A DNA stretch of 24,000 nt from an uncultured Eubacteriales bacterium (GCA_902767315.1 CACXHB010000112.1:1496-25495), one strand, 5' to 3'; positions 16,588 through 23,496 are shown, counted from the first letter of the stretch. The notes: generated by a model from the sequence alone, not told the origin. Numbers and translations are program-made.

Positions 16588-16885
16588 ATGAAAAAACACA
16601 CTCGTCTCAAAGAAATGAGATTCTTTGAGACGAGTGTGATCAAAACACCCGCGGTACCACTCAAATTGCGGTCTGTGAAAAAACCGCCCCTCGTCGGGCT
16701 CTGACAAGCCCTATGCCTTGACGCAGCAGTCACGGGAAGGTTCTACTGGCCCCCTCGGGCGTTCTTCCTTCCGGCTCGGGAAATTCAGATGTCCGCCCTG
16801 CGCCGCGTTTCGTGGCTCGCACCCACCGCCACTTCTCTGAAAACGGGCCTTCGCCGGGGACATTTTCCCTCATTGCCTTTGTTGT
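16588..16885 (-). promoter_or_regulatory. T-box riboswitch leader 1 (tRNA-sensing transcription attenuator)
   Basis: Read on the minus strand: K-turn AAUGA...GAG; AG bulge CAGAGAA; distal loop GGUGGGUGCGA; AGUAG; T-box AAUUUGAGUGGUACCGCGGG (plus coordinates 16648-16662). UUUGAG can pair with CUCAAA of the terminator 5' arm, forming the antiterminator. The terminator is CACACUCGUCUCAAAGA-loop-UCUUUGAGACGAGUGUG followed by UUUUUU (16591-16638). Confidence 0.9.
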
Positions 16886-16890
16886 GGCCT

Positions 16891-16919
16891 ATTCTATCTC
16901 ATTTCCTTTGCGCTGTCAA
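16891..16919 (-). promoter_or_regulatory. Sigma-70 promoter of T-box leader 1 (-35 TTGACA, 17 nt, -10 TAGAAT)
   Basis: The minus strand reads TTGACAgcgcaaaggaaatgagaTAGAAT. The -35 is a perfect consensus match, the spacer is 17 nt, and the -10 matches TATAAT at 5 of 6 positions. Confidence 0.8.
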
Positions 16920-16992
16920 CGATGAAATCGTGGCGGAATCCGAAATTTTCCGTCATTTCCGGGAAAACTTTCGTCTCCCGCCCCGGTTTTTT

Positions 16993-19254
16993 TTACAGCT
17001 TGTTGCGCTGAATCTTGCCGCTGACGGTCTTGGGCAATTCGTCCTTGAACACCACGATGCGGGGATATTTGTAAGGCGCGGTGTGCTCCTTGACGTAGGT
17101 CTGAATCTCCTTTTTCAATTCCTCCGTGCCCTGGGTGCCCTTTGTCAGCACGATGCTGGCCTTCACCACCTGGCCGCGCACCTCGTCCGGCGCGGCGGAT
17201 ACGCCGCATTCCAGCACGTAGGGCAGTTCCATAATGACGCTCTCGATTTCGAAGGGCCCAATCCGGTATCCGGAGGATTTGATCACGTCGTCCACCCGGC
17301 CCACGTACCAGTAGAAGCCGTCCTCGTCCATCCAGGCCACGTCGCCGGTGTGATACCATCCGTCGTGCCATACCTCCCGGGTCTTCTCCTCGTCCCGGTA
17401 ATATCCCTTAAACAGCCCGCAGGGTACCTTTTCGTCCGTGCGGATGCAGATTTCGCCGGAAACGCCCGCGCCCACGATTTCTCCGTCGGGCCCCAGCAGA
17501 TGAATATCGTACAGGGGCACCGGCTTGCCCATGGCCCCCACCTTGTGGGAATCTCCCATGAGGTTGGCGATGGAAAGGGTGGTCTCCGTCTGGCCGAAGC
17601 CCTCCATGATCCGCAGCCCCGTCAGCTTCTCGAATTGCCGGAATACCTCCGGGTTCATGGCCTCGCCGGCGGTGGTGGCCCGCTGGACGGAGGAGAAGTC
17701 GTACTGGCTCAGGTCCTGCTTGATCATCATCCGATACATGGTCGGCGGCGCGCAGAAGGTGGTGATGTGATACTTGGCGAACAGGGGCAGAATGTCCGCC
17801 GCGTCGAACCGGTCGAAGTCGTAGGTGAATACTCCGCCCTCGCACAGCCATTGCCCGTACAGCTTGCCCCACAGGGCCTTGCCCCATCCGGTGTCGGAAA
17901 TGGTGAAGTGCAGCCCGTCCCGGTCCACCCCGTGCCACCAGCGGGCGGTGATGTAATGCCCCAGGGGATATTTGTACGAATGGGCCGCGATCTTGGGATA
18001 CCCGGTGGTGCCGCTGGTGAAGAACATCAGCATTGTGTCGTCGCCGCAGGGGGCGTCCTCCGGCCGGTCGTATTTCCGGGTGAACAGTACGCTCTCCCCG
18101 TCGTAATCGTGCCAGCCCTCCCTGCTGCCGCCCACGGCGATTTTCACCTTCAGTTCGGGACAGCTCGCCGCCGCCAGATCCACCTGATGGGCGGTGTCCC
18201 CGTCGCAGGTGCACAATATGGCGCTGACCCCCGCGGACTGGAACCGGTATTCGAAGTCGTGGGCCTGCAGCTGATTGGTGGCGGGAATGGCGATGGCCCC
18301 CAGCTTGTGCAGCCCCAGAATCGCCGGCCAGAATTCCCAGTGCCGCTTCAGCACCAGCATCACCCGGTCGCCCTTTTTCACGCCCAGGGATTTAAAGTAA
18401 TTGGCCGCCTGGGCGGAAAGCCGCTTCATGTCCTTGAAGGTGAATTTCCGCTCCTGCTTGTGCTTGTCCAGATGCAGCATGGCCAGCTTGTCCGGGTATT
18501 TGTCCGCCAGCGCGTCCACCACGTCGAAGGCGAAGTTGAACTGATCTTCCCCGGTAAACTCGATGCGCTTCAGGGTTCCGTCCTCGCCTACCCCCGCGTG
18601 CACAAACTTTTCGCACACCAGATCCTCGGCCTTGCTGGCCATCACCAGGCTGTCCCGAATCTCCGCCTCGGCCACTTCCTCCCCCGGCAGCACCACCGCC
18701 AGGAACACGCAGTCCTGCCCGTCCACGGCGATCATCCCGTGGGGCGTGGAGGAATCATAGAAAATGCTGTCTCCTTCGTTCAGCAGCTCCACATGGTCGC
18801 CCACCTGCACCTTCAGCGTGCCGGAGAAAATCAGGTCGAATTCCTGGCCGGAATGGGTGGTCATGTGAATAGGCCGGTGCTGCAATTCCGGCAGATAGTC
18901 GTATTTTACCCAATAGGGCTCGGCCATCTTCCCCCGGAACATGGGGGCCAGGTGCTGAATCTGAATGCCCCGCTCCCGGGCGGTGGTCACGCCCCGGCCC
19001 TTGCGGGTCACGGTGTAACTGGAAAGGTGCGCGCTGTATCCCTCCAACAGGTCGGTAATCTCAATGCCGAAGGCCAGGGCGCATTTGTGAATGAACGTAA
19101 AGGGCAGATCCACCGCGCCGGTTTCATATGCCGCGTACGTCTCCGGGCTCACCTGGGTCTTTTCCGCCATCTCGGCCTCGGTCAGCCCCATAATTTCGCG
19201 CATCTCCCGAATGCGCAGCGCGATTTCCATCAGCGGATTTTGAGAAGTTTGCAT
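16993..19254 (-). CDS. Fusion protein: XRE-family HTH + cupin domain (~190 aa) plus medium-chain-type AMP-dependent acyl-CoA synthetase (ACSM/MacS-like)
   Basis: N-terminus: MEIALRIREMREIMGLTEAEMAEKTQVSPETYAAYETG (HTH_3-like), then HSGQEFDLIFSGTLKVQVGDHVELLNEGDSIFYDSSTPHGM (cupin). C-terminus: FNFAFDVVDALADKYPDKLAMLH, MLMFFTSGTTGYPK, GFGQTET, GWYHTGDVAWMDEDGFYWYVGRVDDVIKSSGYRIGPFEIES and SGKIQR. The start at 19254 (MQTSQNPL) follows GGGAGGG. The track start at 19362 lies inside the T-box. Confidence 0.85.
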   Translation of the reverse strand: MQTSQNPLMEIALRIREMREIMGLTEAEMAEKTQVSPETYAAYETGAVDLPFTFIHKCALAFGIEITDLLEGYSAHLSSYTVTRKGRGVTTARERGIQIQHLAPMFRGKMAEPYWVKYDYLPELQHRPIHMTTHSGQEFDLIFSGTLKVQVGDHVELLNEGDSIFYDSSTPHGMIAVDGQDCVFLAVVLPGEEVAEAEIRDSLVMASKAEDLVCEKFVHAGVGEDGTLKRIEFTGEDQFNFAFDVVDALADKYPDKLAMLHLDKHKQERKFTFKDMKRLSAQAANYFKSLGVKKGDRVMLVLKRHWEFWPAILGLHKLGAIAIPATNQLQAHDFEYRFQSAGVSAILCTCDGDTAHQVDLAAASCPELKVKIAVGGSREGWHDYDGESVLFTRKYDRPEDAPCGDDTMLMFFTSGTTGYPKIAAHSYKYPLGHYITARWWHGVDRDGLHFTISDTGWGKALWGKLYGQWLCEGGVFTYDFDRFDAADILPLFAKYHITTFCAPPTMYRMMIKQDLSQYDFSSVQRATTAGEAMNPEVFRQFEKLTGLRIMEGFGQTETTLSIANLMGDSHKVGAMGKPVPLYDIHLLGPDGEIVGAGVSGEICIRTDEKVPCGLFKGYYRDEEKTREVWHDGWYHTGDVAWMDEDGFYWYVGRVDDVIKSSGYRIGPFEIESVIMELPYVLECGVSAAPDEVRGQVVKASIVLTKGTQGTEELKKEIQTYVKEHTAPYKYPRIVVFKDELPKTVSGKIQRNKL

Positions 19255-19297
19255 GTCTGATTTCCCTCCCTGTTTTTTTGAACCTTGTTTTGCGGTA

Positions 19298-19586
19298 TGA
19301 AAAAAACCCGTCCCAAAGCGTTTTGCTTTGAGACGGGTGAAAACATTCTCCCGCGGTACCACTCAAATTGCGGTCTATAAAAAACCGCCCCTCGTCGGGC
19401 TCCAACAAGCCCTATGCCTTGACGCAGCAATCACGTAAGTCCCTACTCGGTTCCCCTTTGAGGCCTTCAACTCGGAAGTGATGGGTCTGATGGATTTCGA
19501 TCCGCCGGTTCACACCAACCACCGGCTCTCTGCAGCACGATCTCCGACCGCCTTCGTCATCGTCTTTGATGTCGTATTCGGTTGTA
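19298..19586 (-). promoter_or_regulatory. T-box riboswitch leader 2
   Basis: Read on the minus strand: K-turn GAUGAC-GAAG...CUUC-CGAG; AG bulge CAGAGAG; distal loop GGUUGGUGUGAA; AGUAGGG; T-box AAUUUGAGUGGUACCGCGGG (plus 19350-19364). The terminator is ACCCGUCUCAAAGC-aaaac-GCUUUGGGACGGGU followed by UUUUUUU (19300-19338). The best specifier guess is AUC followed by A, just 5' of the CUUC lower-stem strand. Confidence 0.9.
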
Positions 19587-19591
19587 AATAT

Positions 19592-19620
19592 ATCTTAGCA
19601 CCCGCCGCCGGTTCTGTCAA
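19592..19620 (-). promoter_or_regulatory. Sigma-70 promoter of T-box leader 2 (-35 TTGACA, 17 nt, -10 TAAGAT)
   Basis: The minus strand reads TTGACAgaaccggcggcgggtgcTAAGAT, with a perfect -35 and a 17-nt spacer. Confidence 0.75.
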
Positions 19621-19720
19621 CGCCCTCTTCCGTTAATTTCCCCGGTCATTTCTCGGGCGAATTGCTCCCGTTCCCGAACGTTCCCCTTTTTCCCGCGATG
19701 CACCCCCGTCCCCTGCAATC

Positions 19721-19747
19721 AAAAGACCGCCCCTTTTCGGAGCGGCC
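19721..19747 (-). terminator. Intrinsic terminator after the substrate-binding protein gene
   Basis: Minus strand: GGCCGCUCC-gaaaa-GGGGCGGUC (9 bp, including 2 G-U pairs) followed by UUUUGAUU, about 20 nt after the stop at 19766. Confidence 0.65.
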
Positions 19748-19765
19748 TTTCGTTTTTCATTTTTT

Positions 19766-21682
19766 TTACTGCGCGTCCGCGTCGAACCAGTATCCGTCGC
19801 CGCGGCTGGAGCCGTTGGCGCCAAAGTCCCAACCGGCGCCGAAGGTGTCCGCGTTGTGCACGTAGTTTTTAATCACCACAATGCCGGGCAGCCGGCGGCC
19901 GATGCCGATGGCGTACAGGCCGTCTTTCCAGATCTGGATGACTTCCTTGATCTCCGCGTCGCGGGCCGCGTCGTCGGTTTCCACCACGATCTGCGCGCCC
20001 AGTTCCTTCAGGCGGGCCATTTCGGGGGTGGGCTCGAAGGCGTGGTCGCCGGACTTGATGAAGATGCCGGGCATGCAGCGGTTGCCCCAGTTGTAGGAAG
20101 CGTAGCCGGTCCAGGTGTCCACGGAACCGGTGGTCACCGCCAGGAAGCCGTTGTCGCCGCTGCCGGTAAGGGCGGTGATGTCAAATTCGTTGCCCTCGGT
20201 GCGCTCGCCCCACAGGGAAGGCTCCACGATGGAGGCGTTGATGTTCAATTTCAGGTTCTCGCGCCATTCGGAGGCCACCATTTCGGCCACCTCGCCCCAC
20301 TGCACGTCGTAATTGGGCACCAGAATCACCAGGTCGAATTCCTGGCCGTCGGCGGTCATGCGCCAGCCGTTGTCGTCGTACTGGGTCATGCCCATCTCGT
20401 CCAGCATCTTGTTGGCGGTTTCCGGGTCAAACTGGGTGTACTGCTTGGTCCACTCCTCGTCGTAATAGGGAGAATTCTCCAGGAAGGAGGACTGGGCGAT
20501 TTCGGAAACGAAGGGCCCAATGGCGTAGAAGGTGGAAATGATAGTGGGCCGGTCCATGCCCAGCGACAGGGCGCGGCGGAATTCCACGTTGCCCAGATAG
20601 GGGGCCTTCACCGGATCCACGGAGGTGATGTTGAAGTGGAAGTTCAGCGCGCCGGGCTCGTTGTGCTCCACGGTGGTCAGCCGGTAGTTCATCTCGTCCG
20701 CGTACTGAGCAAACAGCGGATAGTTGGAGAAGGATTCGGACAGACCCGCGGCCTGCACGTCCACTTCGCCGGCGATGATCTTCATGTTCATCAGGTCGGT
20801 GGATTCCACAATGGTAATCACCGCGTTGTCGATGTAGGGCAGCTGGTTGCCTTCCTGGTCGACGCAGCAGTAATAGGGATTGCGCTCGTAGAGATAGGTG
20901 TTGGTGGTGGCGGGGTCGGTGGTCATGACCCAGGGGCCCAGCACGGGCAGATCCTTATTGGTCTGCACGTTGGTCTTGTCCTGCATCAGGTTCTTCCAGT
21001 CGTCGAAGCTTTCCTCGGCCAGCTTCGCGGTCATTTCCTCTTCGGTGAGGTAGGAAGGATGGAACTGCTTCAGGTAATGGGCGGGATATACAAACCGGGA
21101 ATTGCCGTCCTTGGCCCAGAAGGTCAGATACAGGGGCTTGGGGGTCTCGAAGGTGAAGGTGAAGGTCCAGTCGTCCACCTTGTCCAGGGTGCAGTCCGCG
21201 TAATAGGTGTCGGAAGGGGTGTATTCCGTGTTCTTCAGAATGTCGTTCCACCAGAACTCCACGTCTTCCATGGTCACCGGCTCGCCGTCGGACCACTTCA
21301 GCCCTTCGCGCAGTTTGAAGGTAAACACGGTGTATTCGTCGTTGTGCTCGTAGCTTTCCAGCCACGTGGGGATGATGGTCTGGTTGTCCCGGTCGTAAAT
21401 CAGGCCGTTGTGATCCAGATAACCGGTCATGTGAGAACGGGCGTGGTTGTAGGTGCCCTGGGGCGTAGCCTGACGCCAGGTGCCGCCGTAAATACCCACC
21501 TCGGGGTTCACCAGTACCTGGGGATTTTTCGGCAGCCTCTCCTCCACCGGAGGCAGCTCGCCCGCATTGACCTTTTCCGTCAGCACGGGAGATTCGGCGT
21601 AGGTTCCTTCGGCGGAAACCAGTACCGGGCAAAGAGCCAGTACCATCGCCAGCGCCAAAAGGGTCGAAAGCAGCTTCTTCAT
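19766..21682 (-). CDS. Extracellular solute-binding protein, ABC transporter family 5 (peptide/oligosaccharide type), 638 aa
   Basis: Signal peptide MKKLLSTLLALAMVLALCPVLVSAEG. The body (LPKNPQVLVNPEVGIYGGTW..., KLREGLKWSDGEPVT, ERNPYYCCVD..., FRRALSLGMDRPTII) fits SBP_bac_5 architecture. The start at 21682 follows GAAGGAGAGG; the track start at 21763 is upstream of that RBS. Confidence 0.8.
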   Translation of the reverse strand: MKKLLSTLLALAMVLALCPVLVSAEGTYAESPVLTEKVNAGELPPVEERLPKNPQVLVNPEVGIYGGTWRQATPQGTYNHARSHMTGYLDHNGLIYDRDNQTIIPTWLESYEHNDEYTVFTFKLREGLKWSDGEPVTMEDVEFWWNDILKNTEYTPSDTYYADCTLDKVDDWTFTFTFETPKPLYLTFWAKDGNSRFVYPAHYLKQFHPSYLTEEEMTAKLAEESFDDWKNLMQDKTNVQTNKDLPVLGPWVMTTDPATTNTYLYERNPYYCCVDQEGNQLPYIDNAVITIVESTDLMNMKIIAGEVDVQAAGLSESFSNYPLFAQYADEMNYRLTTVEHNEPGALNFHFNITSVDPVKAPYLGNVEFRRALSLGMDRPTIISTFYAIGPFVSEIAQSSFLENSPYYDEEWTKQYTQFDPETANKMLDEMGMTQYDDNGWRMTADGQEFDLVILVPNYDVQWGEVAEMVASEWRENLKLNINASIVEPSLWGERTEGNEFDITALTGSGDNGFLAVTTGSVDTWTGYASYNWGNRCMPGIFIKSGDHAFEPTPEMARLKELGAQIVVETDDAARDAEIKEVIQIWKDGLYAIGIGRRLPGIVVIKNYVHNADTFGAGWDFGANGSSRGDGYWFDADAQ

Positions 21683-21798
21683 GGATTGCACCTCTCCTTC
21701 GATTCGTCCGGGGAACGTCCCGGCGTATGCCAATCGCGTTTTACCGCGTCGGACAATCATCACACTTTCGGCGCAGCGCTAAAAATTCCAAACCCGTC

Positions 21799-21827
21799 TT
21801 GCCCCGCGCCTCACAATATACTATAAT
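21799..21827 (+). promoter_or_regulatory. Sigma-70 promoter for the AraC-family gene (-35 TTGCCC, 17 nt, -10 TATAAT)
   Basis: TTGCCCcgcgcctcacaatatacTATAAT lies about 40 nt upstream of the ATG at 21870, in the divergent intergenic region. Confidence 0.55.
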
Positions 21828-21869
21828 AGATTTAACAAAAAAATGTAAGAACGAAACAGGTAAAAAACT

Positions 21870-22787
21870 ATGCGAAATTGGTCACCCGAAGAACTCCCCA
21901 TCCTGGAAGATGCGCAGATTTCTCTCCATCTCCTGCCCGACGTCTCGGATTGGATCGCGCCCCGTCCCCTGGAAATGTGGGATATCCCCTATCTCCATTA
22001 TCATACGCTCTTTGAATTCGGTTATTGCGTCCGGGGCAGCGGCGTGTGCAAGGTGGGCCGGGAAGAAGTCCCCTTCCAGCCCGGCGACGTGGAAATTGTC
22101 TATCCTTATCAGCTGCACCTGTCCCGGGCCCATCGGGGGGCTCCCTGCCTGTGGCATTGGGTGTTTCTGGATCTGCCCGCCCTGATGATGGACGCGGGCT
22201 ACCCGCCCCTGCCTCCCTTTGCCGACGACCGAAATTCCGGCGTGGCCCGCAGCGGCCTTTTCCCCGCCGCCGAATATCCCCGCCTGGCGGAAACCGTGCG
22301 CCGCCTGGTGGACGAGGTCATCCTCCGTCCCCCGGACTGGCTGCCCATGACCGCCTCCCTGGCCAATATGCTGGCCGTGGAAACTCGCCGAATCGCCCCC
22401 GCCGGAAATCGCCCGCCGGATCGCCGGGACGAGGATATGCAGTGCATCGCCCCCGCCCTGCGCATTCTGCTTCAGGACGCCCGCCTGGGCCGCCGCACGG
22501 GATTGAACGCCCTGGCGGAGCAGTGCGGCATGAGCCTCTCCAGCTTTCAGCGGGCCTTCCGCCGGGTGCTGGACGCCAGTCCTCACGATTACGCCGTGGG
22601 CTGCGCCCTGCACCAGGCCCGGCTGCTGCTTTTGCAAACCCAGCGCAGCATCGCCCAGATCAGCCAGGATACCGGCTTTGAAAGCGTCTCCGGCTTCAAC
22701 CGCAGCTTCCTGAAGCATTGCGGCCAGACCCCTTCCCAATATCGGCGCAGTAACCGCATGTCGTCCGTCCTCCCCTCGGAAGAATGA
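21870..22787 (+). CDS. AraC-family transcriptional regulator (N-terminal cupin-like sensor, C-terminal dual HTH)
   Basis: The C-terminus LNALAEQCGMSLSSFQRAFRRVLDASPHDYAVGCALHQARLLLLQTQRSIAQISQDTGFESVSGFNRSFLKHCGQTPSQYRR is a typical AraC/XylS HTH_18 domain. The N-terminus YHTLFEFGYCVRGSG...FQPGDVEIVYPYQLH is AraC-ligand-binding/cupin-like. Confidence 0.85.
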   Translation: MRNWSPEELPILEDAQISLHLLPDVSDWIAPRPLEMWDIPYLHYHTLFEFGYCVRGSGVCKVGREEVPFQPGDVEIVYPYQLHLSRAHRGAPCLWHWVFLDLPALMMDAGYPPLPPFADDRNSGVARSGLFPAAEYPRLAETVRRLVDEVILRPPDWLPMTASLANMLAVETRRIAPAGNRPPDRRDEDMQCIAPALRILLQDARLGRRTGLNALAEQCGMSLSSFQRAFRRVLDASPHDYAVGCALHQARLLLLQTQRSIAQISQDTGFESVSGFNRSFLKHCGQTPSQYRRSNRMSSVLPSEE

Positions 22788-22790
22788 AGC

Positions 22791-22845
22791 AAAAAAAGGA
22801 ATCATGCATCGCGAATCCCGCCGCTTCATGATTCCTTCTTTTCAT
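22791..22845. terminator. Hairpin between convergent genes (possible bidirectional terminator)
   Basis: AGGAATCATG (22797-22806) and CATGATTCCT (22827-22836) form a perfect 10-bp inverted repeat with a 20-nt loop. It is flanked by AAAAAAA upstream and TTCTTTTCATTCCTTTTTATTT downstream. The loop is large for a classical terminator. Confidence 0.45.
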
Positions 22846-22851
22846 TCCTTT

Positions 22852-23322
22852 TTATTTCAAGGCCAGTTCCCTTCGGTAAACCTCCAGTCCGTCGTCCGTC
22901 CCCCGAAAGGAAAAACCGAATTTTTCCGCCAAATGCCGGGTAGCCCCCTGCGCCGGGTCGCATTCCATCACCAGCGCCGGAATCTCCTTTTCCCGGGCAT
23001 GCGCCATCAGCGCCTCCGTCAATTCCGACGCGCATCCCTGGCCCCAGACCGCCCGGTCCAATACCCAGCCGATTTCATACGCGCCGCTGTCGTCGTATAA
23101 ATGAAAAATCACGTGTCCGATCAGCCTGCCCTGCTTTTCCCGCACGGCGTATACCATGGGAATGGGACAAAGGGCCGCTTCCTGTAAAAACCAGTCCACC
23201 CGTTCCCGGGAAAAAGGCGTCTCCAGATGCTCCATCACCCGGCTGTCTCCTAAAATTTCCCCAAGCCTGGGCGCGTCCGCCTGGGTCAGCCTGTCTACAA
23301 GGTATCGCTTCGTCTCCAGCAT
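22852..23322 (-). CDS. GNAT-family N-acetyltransferase, 156 aa
   Basis: MLETKRYLVDRLTQADAPRL...YAVREKQGRLIGHVIFH...YEIGWVLDRAVWGQGCASELTEALMAHAREKEIPALVMECDPAQGATRHLAEKFGF fits the RimJ/RimL-like GNAT pattern (W.QG.A.E). The start at 23322 follows AGGAGG at 7-nt spacing. The track start at 23472 lies in the leader. Confidence 0.75.
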   Translation of the reverse strand: MLETKRYLVDRLTQADAPRLGEILGDSRVMEHLETPFSRERVDWFLQEAALCPIPMVYAVREKQGRLIGHVIFHLYDDSGAYEIGWVLDRAVWGQGCASELTEALMAHAREKEIPALVMECDPAQGATRHLAEKFGFSFRGTDDGLEVYRRELALK

Positions 23323-23496
23323 TCCGCTTCCTCCTGGAAAAGATCGGCGCGACAGCTTCCCGCGGCGAACCCCATGCTGCGGTACCTGCCGCGCTGGTCC
23401 TGTTCCGGAAAAATTGCTTTTCCCGGAAAGAACGACCGACCGGCCGTCGATGGGGCTTATTTTACCATGCAATTGTGTATTGAATATAAACGAATC

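Noticed and set aside
16567-16707. Upstream extension of the P-loop ORF (track start 16707), and likewise 19255..19362 for the synthetase fusion.
   Set aside because: The extensions run through the T-box terminator hairpins and U-runs and lack an RBS. Internal ATGs with strong GGAGG-type RBS sit directly after the terminators.
16648-16734. The ~87-nt block repeated at 19350..19435, considered as a possible MITE or mobile-element terminal repeat.
   Set aside because: Both copies are in the same orientation and coincide with the conserved T-box / Stem III portion of two riboswitch leaders. There are no flanking direct repeats or transposase genes, so RNA function explains the repeat.
21683-21798. 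Short palindromes in the SBP 5' region (CCGGGGAACGTCCCGG, CGCGgtaaaaCGCG), considered as possible AraC operators.
   Set aside because: AraC-family sites are usually direct or inverted ~17-bp repeats. These are short GC palindromes of a kind expected by chance in GC-rich DNA, and I could not find a second matching half-site.
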